The notes beneath the pieces were generated by a model. That model saw only the letters and a list, made by a program, of their open reading frames with translations, was not told the origin of the DNA and did no database searches. From a virus (taxonomy: Duplodnaviria; Heunggongvirae; Uroviricota; Caudoviricetes): a stretch of DNA of 44,007 nucleotides. The stretch lies in the IMG/VR virus record IMGVR_UViG_2636415673_000006. One strand, 5' to 3'. The translations under genes and the position numbers were made by a program. Below, one piece after another: positions 1 to 8,290 of the stretch; within the stretch, counting starts at the first letter, position 1; every line of letters starts with the position of its first letter.

Positions 1-525
1 TCACTAGATTCTGACGATTTCCAGAAGGGAGATTCAGCAGGCCAGCATCTGTAATCATTCAGATTTGCTGGCTTGCTGCTAAATATGGTTGCTAAGAAAA
101 ATAGCAGGCCAGTAATTTATTCAGATTACTGAATATAATAATTTTTCAGGAACGGTTATGCTGAAGGTAGTATGTTTAATCGACACAATTATTTGCTGAG
201 TCTAATATGAGGTGACATTTTTATGATCACTGACCAGCAAGACTGACCCGTATTGATTAGCCTGATTATTGGCAACTTATTGGGGTAGTCATTTTGACAT
301 CGAATGGGGGAGGTTTCCAGTTAAGTTCACGAATGCATGATGATTTGCGTTCACATATCGAAGTACTGGTTGACTATACTAAGGATTTTAAGATAACTCA
401 CTGATTGTAAGTGGGTTATTGCGAGGGGGATGATAAATGGTGTCCCCTGCAGACATCTACTTGAGGATGCAGGGGATTGATTGGAATGGTATTTTTGGTA
501 TGTGAAAAATATTTTACTCGCTATT

Positions 526-726
526 TTACCCATTGGCGCGGCTTAAGAGCTTATTTTTGAATTCACAATGGTCACGATATAACCATCTTGCTCGCCCGTG
601 GATAACTTTGGCTTTTGGCAGGTCGCCGGACTTAATCCGGTCGTAGATGAAGGTTTTACCGAAGCCAGTATCAGCCATGATGAATTTCAAATCAACCAGT
701 GAATCAGGTTGTAGTTCGTGTTGCAT
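526..726 (-). CDS. Excisionase-like / AlpA-family HTH DNA-binding protein (putative Xis)
   Basis: 66-aa ORF with HTH-like core (DLKFIMADTGFGKTFIYDRIKSGDLPKAKVIHGRARWLY) typical of AlpA/Xis-type excisionases; last gene of the leftward early operon; RBS GGAGA before the ATG. Confidence 0.55.
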   Translation of the reverse strand: MQHELQPDSLVDLKFIMADTGFGKTFIYDRIKSGDLPKAKVIHGRARWLYRDHCEFKNKLLSRANG

Positions 727-770
727 GAGTGCTATCTCCGAATAGGGAATCGAACCTGCAAATCAGGCAA

Positions 771-790
771 TAAAAAACCGCCATCAGGCG
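771..790 (-). terminator. Rho-independent terminator-like hairpin (leftward)
   Basis: Plus strand ccgcc-atca-ggcgg preceded by A6; on the minus strand this is a GC stem followed by a T-run. Confidence 0.35.
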
Positions 791-1008
791 GCTTGGTGTT
801 CTTTCAGTTCTTCAATTCGAATATTGGTTACGTCTGCATGTGCTATCTGCGCCCACAGCATCCAGTGGTCATAGCAGTCGTTGATGTTCTCTGCTTCGAT
901 AACTCTGTTGAATGGCTCTCCATTCCATTCACCAGTGACTCGGAAGTGCATTTATCATCTCCATAAAACAAAACCCGCCGTAGCGAGTTCAGATAAAAGA
1001 AATCCGCA

Positions 1009-1809
1009 TTAAGCGGCGTCGGTGAATTCAAATAAAAAACCGGCTTGCGCCGGCTCTCTCATCTTTCTGTCTACCCATGCTGATATCGATGGTGGGTGCA
1101 CCTTTTCAATAGCTGCGCGAAGTACAGATGTACGTGCCAGTTTGTCGGTAATCTCAGGAAATCGCTTCTCTGTCTTCGGTACGTTAACAGCAACATTAGT
1201 AGAATCCGCACTGGCGAACGGATACATACCAAGAACTCTCACGTCGAGCATTCGAAGACCATGAATTTTCACTTTCAAATTACGATTGATATAAAGCTCA
1301 GTGAAAACTTCATCCATTCTCTGTTCCCACCATTTAGAGCGTATGTGCCTGTGTGGGCCGCAGCATCCAATCGCCACCCATTCAAATTTGCCAGAAAGGC
1401 GTAAAAGACGATCAATTGATTCGTCGGTATGCCAGACCGGAACCGCTTTTGATTTTAGCCAATCAGGAACCAACTCAATCTGCTTGTCGTTTTCTGCCTC
1501 TGTCCCTTCGATAACGTCAGGTATAAGAAACCATTCAATTCTGCTGAACCACTTCCCAACAAAATCGTAGAATTTTGCTCGTCTCTTACTCCAGTCTACC
1601 GGAGTGCCTTTCTTTAATGCTTTCATCCAGTCGCTAAAAGCGCCGTTATCAAGGCGTATATCACAAGGGAACATGGCAATCTTTTTCATCTGCGCTGGTC
1701 TGGCAAATGAAACAAAAGCCCCACCATCACGGTAAAGGGCTTTAATCAGCATATCTGTAGGGGCATGCGCATCCCCCCATATTGGGCTGCCGTGAAAGTG
1801 GATGGTCAT
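1009..1809 (-). CDS. Conserved lambdoid early-left protein; candidate tRNA-guanine-transglycosylase-like (DpdA-like) DNA-modification enzyme
   Basis: 266-aa ORF. Motif RLDNGAFSDW resembles the TGT substrate-binding motif LTDSGGFQ, and the C-terminal half (FEWVAIG...HGLRML...FASADST) loosely parallels the TGT GGLAVGE...YLMGVG...MFDCV blocks. No PP-loop (SGGxDS), so not PAPS-reductase/DndC-like. The gene is confident; the function is tentative. Confidence 0.45.
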   Translation of the reverse strand: MTIHFHGSPIWGDAHAPTDMLIKALYRDGGAFVSFARPAQMKKIAMFPCDIRLDNGAFSDWMKALKKGTPVDWSKRRAKFYDFVGKWFSRIEWFLIPDVIEGTEAENDKQIELVPDWLKSKAVPVWHTDESIDRLLRLSGKFEWVAIGCCGPHRHIRSKWWEQRMDEVFTELYINRNLKVKIHGLRMLDVRVLGMYPFASADSTNVAVNVPKTEKRFPEITDKLARTSVLRAAIEKVHPPSISAWVDRKMREPAQAGFLFEFTDAA

Positions 1810-1867
1810 ATTATCCCCATATAAAAGAAATCCCCGCGAGTGCGAGGATAGTTACTTGTTCATATTA

Positions 1868-2167
1868 TTAATCGTCAATATATTTTGAGCATTGTGGGCA
1901 ATCATCAATCCCACAATACGATTCATATCCATCCTTTATTGCGTCGCGGGCTTCAGTAAGAGTATTGAATAAGTTGCAGCTATTATCTTTTTGATATAGG
2001 TAAGTTCCTAATTTATAAGCAGAAGAAGCATCATTTCCGCTGTCTAAAATTACATCGTTATGGATTCTGCACCTTGCAAGAACTCCTGATCCCATAAGGG
2101 TCTGCATAGCCCATTGCTCTTGATCTTCACACAAATCATGAATGCTCATTTCAACACCTCTCTTCAC
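1868..2167 (-). CDS. Hypothetical small Cys-rich protein (AT-rich moron-like gene)
   Basis: 99-aa ORF in a low-GC stretch; C-terminal CGIDDCPQC motif suggests metal binding. Confidence 0.45.
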   Translation of the reverse strand: MKRGVEMSIHDLCEDQEQWAMQTLMGSGVLARCRIHNDVILDSGNDASSAYKLGTYLYQKDNSCNLFNTLTEARDAIKDGYESYCGIDDCPQCSKYIDD

Positions 2168-2263
2168 GTTTCACACACGTTAAGATTAACAGTGTTTTTA
2201 CATGCTTTGGAAGATTTATTTTATAAAAACTCTTTTAATACAAATAGATATAATAGTTCACTA

Positions 2264-2920
2264 TTATAGCTCCTTTAATCGAGGCGGTTCTGGTAGAGGC
2301 ATCCAGTGGGTTACACCGCCAATTGGCTCATCGTCGTCGTACTCCAATGCGGCTATATAGAACCCGTCACGACGAGAATAAGAAATCCCTGACATTACAA
2401 TGCCATCCGAAACAACAATAATGTCACCCGTTTCTTCCGGCATTCGCTCACTACAGCTTATCCAACCATCCGGAATTACCGGAGAGTTGCCGCGTTCTTT
2501 AATGTGCAAGCGAGGCTCACCATCTTTTGGTTCAGGCCACTGGCGCTCCATGTTGATCTTCAATTTATCTTCCATAGCAGCGGTAATTTCAGCATCGCTG
2601 ATGCCAGCACGGCGCTGTGCATCCCACAACAGGAACTGCATATCAGCCCACTCGCTGAGATCGTCTGGTTCGGCTGCGGCTTCCAGAGCCTCTTTTGAGA
2701 GGTGTTTCAGTGGACCAATGGGGCCAACGCAGCCAAATGTGGAGTCAGACCATTTGGCATGCTCGTGGTGAATCTGTTCGCGTTCCAGTGAGGCGAAAGC
2801 GATTTTAAATGCTGTAAGCATGTGTGCTTGATCGTTGTCGAGTCCGAATGGCATTTCATCTCGTGCTGACTCAATACTGGTAATCGTATTTTGTAGCCAT
2901 TCTTTGGTAAAAGTGCTCAT
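2264..2920 (-). CDS. Lambdoid early protein with DUF551-like C-terminus (DUF550/DUF551 family)
   Basis: 218-aa ORF; C-terminal motif GVTHWMPLPEPP is characteristic of DUF551 proteins common in lambdoid prophages; stop overlaps the upstream gene start (coupling). Confidence 0.5.
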   Translation of the reverse strand: MSTFTKEWLQNTITSIESARDEMPFGLDNDQAHMLTAFKIAFASLEREQIHHEHAKWSDSTFGCVGPIGPLKHLSKEALEAAAEPDDLSEWADMQFLLWDAQRRAGISDAEITAAMEDKLKINMERQWPEPKDGEPRLHIKERGNSPVIPDGWISCSERMPEETGDIIVVSDGIVMSGISYSRRDGFYIAALEYDDDEPIGGVTHWMPLPEPPRLKEL

Positions 2921-3288
2921 CGTAAAATATCCTCTATACTGGTAAGTCCTTCATTATTTAGCCAGATCATGGCGTCATCCGGCAACTTGCTGTCTGGTTT
3001 GGCGTTTTTGAGAGAGGAACTCAGTCGCTTAATCCACATTGTCACCTCAGTAATGCGCCTGTCTTTGCCTTCCAGCTCAACACGCAGCTTCCCTACCGTT
3101 AGCGCAATATCCTCGTTCTCCTGGTCGCGGCGTTTGATGTATTGCTGGTTTCTTTCCCGTTCATCCAGCAGTTCCAGCACAATCGATGGTGTTACCAATT
3201 CATGGAAAAGGTCTGCGTCAAATCCCCAGTCGTCATGCATTGCCTGCTCTGCCGCTTCACGCAGTGCCTGAGAGTTAATTTCGCTCAC
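2917..3288 (-). CDS. Ead/Ea22-like early protein (coiled-coil)
   Basis: 123-aa acidic coiled-coil ORF in the ea22 position of lambdoid phages; overlapping start/stop with neighbours. Confidence 0.4.
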   Translation of the reverse strand: MSEINSQALREAAEQAMHDDWGFDADLFHELVTPSIVLELLDERERNQQYIKRRDQENEDIALTVGKLRVELEGKDRRITEVTMWIKRLSSSLKNAKPDSKLPDDAMIWLNNEGLTSIEDILR

Positions 3289-3506
3289 TTCGAACCTCTC
3301 TGTTTACTGATAAGCTCCAGATCTTCCTGGCAACTTGCACAAGTCCGACAACCCTGAACGGCCAGGCGTCTTCGTTCATCTATCGAATCGCCACACTCAC
3401 AAGAATGAGTGGCAGATATAGCCTGGTGGTTCAGACGACGCATTTTTATTGCTGTATTGCGCTGTAATTCTTCGATTTCTGATGCTGAATCAATGATGTC
3501 TGCCAT
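3285..3506 (-). CDS. TraR/DksA-family C4 zinc-finger protein
   Basis: 73-aa ORF with CECG...x17...CRTCASC four-cysteine zinc ribbon typical of phage TraR/DksA-like proteins. Confidence 0.7.
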   Translation of the reverse strand: MADIIDSASEIEELQRNTAIKMRRLNHQAISATHSCECGDSIDERRRLAVQGCRTCASCQEDLELISKQRGSK

Positions 3507-3559
3507 CTTCCATTAATCTCTGAATTGTTGGTTAATACGCTTGAGGGTGAATGCGAATA

Positions 3560-3582
3560 ATAAAAAAGGAGCCTGTAGCTCC
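3560..3582 (-). terminator. Rho-independent terminator (leftward) downstream of the DGQHR gene
   Basis: Plus strand A6-ggagc-ctgta-gctcc; on the minus strand a 5-bp GC stem followed by TTTTTTA. Confidence 0.45.
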
Positions 3583-3659
3583 ATGAAGATTTTGTTTTTC
3601 ATGCTCACCGTTCCTTAAAGACGCCGTACAGCATGCTGATATGAGACAATGTTGATTCA

Positions 3660-4724
3660 TTAAGTTGATTCCAGACTTCCTTTGGTAAAAGCTTGTATCA
3701 GTCTGTTTGCTGCTGCTTTCTGCGCTGCCACATTGGCAATAACAGATAGTTTTTCCTGGCTGGCTTTCGTGCAGATCCCCGCCCAGTTATCCATCAGAAA
3801 AAAATCCTCTCTTTCTGCAGAGCTGGTAGTTGCACATAGTTTTTCGATCATAGAAGTTATTTCTGCGATGGAATGATTAACCATCATCTGTTGAACCGCA
3901 AAACCGAAAGCGTTAATCATTACTCCATGGAACTGAATATAATCGCGCTTGTACGTAGCGTGGTGTACACCATGTCGGATTGAGTCAATCTGAGTTAGTG
4001 TAATCCATGCCTCCCAGACAGATTCTATATATCCCATTTCAAGTTGTTGATTGCCGTTCCTGGCGAACTTTGACGTTGCATCAGTGAGTGCCTTGAAACT
4101 CACCCACATATTACTTTTTAATGGCACTACGTTGTGTTCAAAATCGGTTATATCGGCAAATACAGTATGTTGGGTCAGGAAGGATATCATTCCCTGAGCA
4201 ATATCATCCCGGCCGTTATACGCCATATTGATGGTCGCTGATGGCTTAGAAACGTTGTTATTTATGTCCGAAAAGAACTGCTGCCGGGTTTTTAGCGGCA
4301 GATTCATTGTAAGCATCATGGGAACCATGAGCGTTGATGGGGAACTTCGGCAAAATATCTCAATGCCAGCTGCACGATGTTGACCATCAAAAAGTTTTAT
4401 TTCGGCGTCGAGGGGAATTCTGGCTATACCAACATTTGTGTTGCCAAACGGTACAAATTCTATATTCGAATCACAGTTACCTACGAGAGGGGGAATGATA
4501 AAAGGCTCATTTCTTGAGTCTGCGTTAGTGAGATAATTTAAAAATTTTCGTACTCGATTTGGATTAATTTCTCGCTGAGAGCGTTCCAGTGTATGGCCGT
4601 AATTATCTGAAGCGAGGAAACGAGCCAGCGATCTTCCTGGTATGGTAAGGAAGAGTGTAACAGTACCACCCTGTACACCTTGCGATGCCGGAAATTCGAA
4701 TGAATGATTACCAACCTGACTCAT
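3660..4724 (-). CDS. DGQHR-domain protein (DndB/DpdB-like, ParB-like fold)
   Basis: 354-aa ORF containing the exact DGQHR signature (KLFDGQHRAAGIE) about 120 residues from the N-terminus, as in DndB/DpdB family proteins. Confidence 0.75.
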   Translation of the reverse strand: MSQVGNHSFEFPASQGVQGGTVTLFLTIPGRSLARFLASDNYGHTLERSQREINPNRVRKFLNYLTNADSRNEPFIIPPLVGNCDSNIEFVPFGNTNVGIARIPLDAEIKLFDGQHRAAGIEIFCRSSPSTLMVPMMLTMNLPLKTRQQFFSDINNNVSKPSATINMAYNGRDDIAQGMISFLTQHTVFADITDFEHNVVPLKSNMWVSFKALTDATSKFARNGNQQLEMGYIESVWEAWITLTQIDSIRHGVHHATYKRDYIQFHGVMINAFGFAVQQMMVNHSIAEITSMIEKLCATTSSAEREDFFLMDNWAGICTKASQEKLSVIANVAAQKAAANRLIQAFTKGSLEST

Positions 4725-4885
4725 ATATCCTCCTGTTTATTATTTATCTTCTCAGCCAGCCCCTGTGCTTTCAGTGGATTTCTGATAACAGAAAGACCGG
4801 GAAATACCCAGCCTCGCTTTGTAATGGAGTAGACGAAAGTGATCGCGCCTACCCGGATATTATCGTGAGGATGCGTCATCGCCAT
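4721..4885 (-). CDS. Small hypothetical protein (54 aa) translationally coupled between exo and the DGQHR gene
   Basis: Hand-translated [57 protein letters not shown]; stop overlaps the DGQHR ATG as ATGA; start overlaps the exo 3' end. Below the 60-aa track cutoff. Confidence 0.3.
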   Translation of the reverse strand: MAMTHPHDNIRVGAITFVYSITKRGWVFPGLSVIRNPLKAQGLAEKINNKQEDI

Positions 4886-5556
4886 TGCTCCCCAAATACA
4901 AAACCAATTTCAGCCAGTGCCTCGTCCATTTTTTCGATGAACTCCGGCACCATCTCGTCAAAACTCGCCATGTACTTTTCATCCCGCTCAACCACGACAT
5001 AATGCAGTCCTTCACGCTTCATACGCGGGTCATAGTTGGCAAAGTACCAGGCATCTTTTCGTGTCACCCACATGCTGTACTGCACCTGGGCCATGTAAGC
5101 CGACTTTATGGCCTCGAAACCACCGAGCCGGAACTTCATGAAATCCCGGGAGGTAAACGGGCATTTCAGCTCAAGGCCATTGCCGTCACTGCATAAACCA
5201 TCGGGAGAGCAGGCGGTGCGCATACTTTCGTCGCGATAGATGATCGGGGATTCGGTAACATTCACGCCGGAAGTGAATTCAAACAGAGTTCTGGCGTCGT
5301 TCTCGTACTGTTTTCCCCAGGCCAGCGCCTTAGCATTAACTTCCGGAGCCACACCGGTGCAAACCTCAGCCAGCAGGGTGTGGAAGTAGGACATTTTCAT
5401 GTCAGGCCACTTCTTTCCTGAGCGGGGCTTTGCTATCACGTTGTGAACTTCTGAAGCGGTGATGACGCCGAGCCGTAATTTGTGCCATGTATCATCCCCC
5501 TGTTCGACAGCTCTCACGTCGATCCCGGTACGCTGCACGATAATGTCCGGTGTCAT
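4876..5556 (-). CDS. exo: Lambda Exo (Red-alpha) 5'-3' exonuclease
   Basis: 226-aa ORF recognised as essentially identical to lambda Exo ([40 protein letters not shown]...). Confidence 0.95.
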   Translation of the reverse strand: MTPDIIVQRTGIDVRAVEQGDDTWHKLRLGVITASEVHNVIAKPRSGKKWPDMKMSYFHTLLAEVCTGVAPEVNAKALAWGKQYENDARTLFEFTSGVNVTESPIIYRDESMRTACSPDGLCSDGNGLELKCPFTSRDFMKFRLGGFEAIKSAYMAQVQYSMWVTRKDAWYFANYDPRMKREGLHYVVVERDEKYMASFDEMVPEFIEKMDEALAEIGFVFGEQWR

Positions 5557-6338
5557 GCTGCCACCTTCTGCTCAGTGGCTTTCTGTTTCAGGAATCCAAG
5601 AGCTTTCACTGCTTCGGCCTGTGTCAGTTCTGACGATGCGCGAATGTCGCGGCGAAATATCTGGGAACAGAGCGGCAATAAGTCGTCATCCCATGTTTTA
5701 TCCAGGGCGATCAGCAGAGTGTTAATCTCTTGCATGGTTTCATCGTTAACCGGAGTGATGTCGCGTTCTGGCTGACGTTCTGCAGTGTATGCAGTATTTT
5801 CGACAATGCGCTCGGCTTCATCCTTGTCATAGATACCAGCAAATCCGAAGGCCAGACGGGCACACTGAATCATGGCTTTATGCCGTAACATCCGTTTGGG
5901 ATGCGACTGCCACGGCCCCGTGATTTCTCTGCCTTCGCGAGTTTTGAATGGTTCGCGGCGGCATTCATCCATCCATTCGGTAACGCAGATCGGATGATTA
6001 CGGTCCTTGCGGTAAATCCGGCATGTACAGGATTCATTGTCCTGCTCAAAGTCCATGCCATCAAACTGCTGGTTTTCATTGATGATGCGGGACCAGCCAT
6101 CAACGCCCACCACCGGAACGATGCCGTTCTGCTTATCAGGGAAGGCGTAAATTTCTTTCGTCCACGGATTAAGGCCGTACTGGTTGGCGACGATCAACAA
6201 TGCGATGAACTGCGCATCGCTGGCATCACCTTTAAATGCCGTCTGGCGAAGAGTGGTGATCAGTTCCTGTGGGTCGACAGAATCCATGCCGACACGTTCA
6301 GCCAGCTTCCCTGCCAGCGTTGCGAGTGCTGTACTCAT
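5553..6338 (-). CDS. bet: Lambda Bet (Red-beta) single-strand annealing protein
   Basis: 261-aa ORF recognised as lambda Bet ([37 protein letters not shown]...); overlaps the exo start. Confidence 0.95.
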   Translation of the reverse strand: MSTALATLAGKLAERVGMDSVDPQELITTLRQTAFKGDASDAQFIALLIVANQYGLNPWTKEIYAFPDKQNGIVPVVGVDGWSRIINENQQFDGMDFEQDNESCTCRIYRKDRNHPICVTEWMDECRREPFKTREGREITGPWQSHPKRMLRHKAMIQCARLAFGFAGIYDKDEAERIVENTAYTAERQPERDITPVNDETMQEINTLLIALDKTWDDDLLPLCSQIFRRDIRASSELTQAEAVKALGFLKQKATEQKVAA

Positions 6339-6343
6339 CCGTT

Positions 6344-6640
6344 TTATACCTCTGAATCAATATCAACCTGGTGGTGAGCAATGGTTTCAACCATGTACCG
6401 GATGTGTTCTGCCATGCGCTCCTGAAACTCAACATCGTCATCAAACGCACGGGTAATGGCTTTTTTGCTGGCCCCGTGGCGTTGCAAATGATCGATGCAT
6501 AGCGATTCAAACAGGTGCTGGGGCAGGCCTTTTTCCATGTCGTCTGCCAGTTCTGCCTCTTTCTCTTCACGGGCGATCTGCTGGTAGTGACGCGCCCAGC
6601 TCTGAGCCTCAAGACGATCCTGAATGTAATAAGCGTTCAT
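6344..6640 (-). CDS. gam: Lambda Gam (RecBCD inhibitor), GamS-length form
   Basis: 98-aa [24 protein letters not shown]... matches lambda Gam from its internal start; an in-frame stop lies upstream, so the long N-terminal form is not encoded. Confidence 0.9.
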   Translation of the reverse strand: MNAYYIQDRLEAQSWARHYQQIAREEKEAELADDMEKGLPQHLFESLCIDHLQRHGASKKAITRAFDDDVEFQERMAEHIRYMVETIAHHQVDIDSEV

Positions 6641-6715
6641 GGCTGACCTCCTGAAAATGGCTGTGAAAATATCGCCCGCGAAATGCCAGGCTGATTAGGA
6701 AAACAGGAAAGGGGA

Positions 6716-7006
6716 TTAGTGATTCAGGCCGTTACCGCGTCCGTCGAGAAAAACTTCCACGAGCAAATCACGGGTATAAGTGCGCTCGATGCCGCGATGC
6801 AGATAAAGCCGTCCGCGTAAATTAGCTGATGCAGTCCAGGTACCATCTTTGTGTTTGACCAGCATTCCTGGCATGACCGCACCTCGATTAACGGTCTGCG
6901 TTCCATAATGTTGATGAACCATAAAAACTCCTGCCCGTAAGCTGGGCTGCTGAACATATAGAGACTTCTGCGCGTATTCAGGCGGTGGATGGCCGCCGGT
7001 TGTCAT
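6716..7006 (-). CDS. Early-left protein in the kil position (possible Kil-like host-division inhibitor)
   Basis: 96-aa ORF with RBS (gagg) before the ATG; first gene leftward of the putative OL/pL region. Function is by position only. Confidence 0.35.
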   Translation of the reverse strand: MTTGGHPPPEYAQKSLYVQQPSLRAGVFMVHQHYGTQTVNRGAVMPGMLVKHKDGTWTASANLRGRLYLHRGIERTYTRDLLVEVFLDGRGNGLNH

Positions 7007-7195
7007 AACTAAGCCGCCTCGTTGAAGCGACTAAGGTATGAAATGTTGAGTTAATTTCAGCTGGTCACACCGACGTTCACGCGTCCGTTTCACCCCTCGC
7101 ACTCCCCGAAGCCTGCTGAAATTCAAACTGCGGATCTAAGCGGTCATCGCAACGGTGAATCAGGTAGTTGCCGTATCGTTGTGTTGTTGCGATGA

Positions 7196-7250
7196 ACTTA
7201 TTTAAAACTATAGTTGTTTTATCGTCAACAACAAAAGTTGTTTTATTGGC
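7196..7250. promoter_or_regulatory. Candidate OL operator cluster / pL region
   Basis: Clustered imperfect palindromes built on AACAAC/GTTGTT half-sites (aaaactatagttgtttt, caacaacaaaagttgtttt) that resemble the sites between cI and cro. Confidence 0.35.
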
Positions 7251-7373
7251 TGTTTTAGATATAACTGGTTGTATTTAGGATGGATTTATTTTGTGACTTG
7301 AATCGCATAGCGATAACTGAAGCGAGGTTATGGTGGTTTTTTTAACGGTGTGTGTGATGAGGGGAGGGCAAAA

Positions 7374-7402
7374 GAAAACCCGGCACGGTGACCGGGATTC
7401 TT
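7374..7402 (-). terminator. Rho-independent terminator downstream of the repressor gene
   Basis: Minus strand cccgg-tcaccgtg-ccggg followed by ttttctttt. Confidence 0.5.
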
Positions 7403-7517
7403 ACGCCGTTAGGTAAAGATATTATTGCGGTGGCTTAATATTACTACCTAGAGCAAAGATAGGAATTAGTTCTTTACTGAATGAGCACAATGCCCAGTTG
7501 ATAATTTTTAATTGGTA

Positions 7518-8207
7518 CTACCCATGCTTCCTATATGTCTGCGGCATGCTCCCAATAACCTTACCGAAGATGAACACCCGGTTCATCTCGTCTTTCTCGA
7601 TCGGGTCCCACGGTGAGTAGCTTTTGTTATCAGAGATGACCAGCAGCTTATCCTTCATCATTTGCAGGCGCTTTACATGGGCTGTGTCGTCGTACAGAAA
7701 CGCATAGATACCATCACCGTCGAAAGATTTAACTGTGATATCAACGAACAGCAGATCACCTGGTTCGATCGTTCCTGACATGCTGTCACCACGCACGTTA
7801 ATGATGCGGATATTTTCCGCCTTCCTACCATCGAACATGTGACGAGCATCGTCAAACGAGTACTCAACCGAGCGTAGAACTTCTACAAACTCACGGTTGA
7901 TGACTCCCGGCCCAGCACTGACTTCTATATCAAGAACGTCAATCTTGAAGTATTTGGAATGGCTGACAGTTGATTGTATTGGTTGCACTGTACTGTCTGA
8001 CATATTTCCAACGCCAGAAGATAACCATTCTGCGCGCACACCCAAAGCGTTCGCGATCTCCACGATTTTAGTTGTTTGATTAGCTTTCCCTGTTTCGATT
8101 TTCTGAATAGCAGCCTGGCTAACCCCGACCAAATCCCCAAGCGCCTTTTGTGTAAGGCCTCGCGCTAATCTGGCTTCTTTAAGTCTTTCTGAGAGTGTTG
8201 TTTTCAT
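7518..8207 (-). CDS. cI: CI-type prophage repressor (HTH_XRE + S24 LexA-like peptidase domain)
   Basis: N-terminal HTH (LSERLKEARLARGLTQKALGDLVGVSQAAIQKIETG) and C-terminal S24 motifs (GDSM...VKRL). Start placed at the internal Met (MKTTLSERL) at 8207; the track ORF extends to 8273. Confidence 0.85.
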   Translation of the reverse strand: MKTTLSERLKEARLARGLTQKALGDLVGVSQAAIQKIETGKANQTTKIVEIANALGVRAEWLSSGVGNMSDSTVQPIQSTVSHSKYFKIDVLDIEVSAGPGVINREFVEVLRSVEYSFDDARHMFDGRKAENIRIINVRGDSMSGTIEPGDLLFVDITVKSFDGDGIYAFLYDDTAHVKRLQMMKDKLLVISDNKSYSPWDPIEKDEMNRVFIFGKVIGSMPQTYRKHG

Positions 8208-8224
8208 AGTCCAAATGTACAACC

Positions 8225-8290
8225 AAGGTTTTATTCCATCAAACGAAAATGGTTGTTGACTAAAAACAACCATAGTTTTAATCTTGATTC
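8225..8290. promoter_or_regulatory. Candidate OR operators / divergent pRM-pR region
   Basis: Intergenic region between divergent cI and cro containing the palindrome atggttgtt-gactaaa-aacaaccat and a third half-site (acaaccaagg). Confidence 0.45.

Noticed and set aside
741-760. T-loop-like motif (ggaatcgaacc on the plus strand, ggttcgattcc on the minus strand) that could suggest a tRNA or tRNA-derived att core
   Set aside because: No acceptor stem, anticodon arm or CCA context could be built around it, and it sits in the RBS/leader of the xis-like gene; treated as coincidence.
784-951. Possible small minus-strand gene between the DpdA-like gene and xis
   Set aside because: Careful re-translation shows a stop after 27 codons; the apparent 55-aa reading came from a transcription error. 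The 62-aa track ORF 843..1031 is low-complexity and overlaps the neighbouring gene end.
2400-2771. Numerous track ORFs antisense to or nested within confidently assigned genes (e.g. 2400..2771+, 5901..6377+, 12175..12462-, 20705..20974-, 22610..23050-, 30271..30531-, 33621..34109-, 35638..36135-)
   Set aside because: They overlap well-supported genes on the opposite strand, have biased or low-complexity composition and lack RBS or start context; treated as shadow ORFs.
3513-3602. 29-aa minus-strand ORF (MKNKIFMELQAPFLLFAFTLKRINQQFRD) between the DGQHR gene and the TraR-like gene
   Set aside because: Its sequence is largely dictated by the terminator hairpin and T-run it overlaps; more likely a terminator than a peptide gene.
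6641-6760. N-terminal extension of gam to the full 138-aa lambda form
   Set aside because: An in-frame stop lies 19 codons upstream of the Met; only the GamS-length ORF is intact.
7007-7517. Search for a lambda N homologue or rexA/rexB-like genes around the repressor
   Set aside because: No ORF of suitable size or composition on either strand; region is occupied by operator-like repeats and a terminator.
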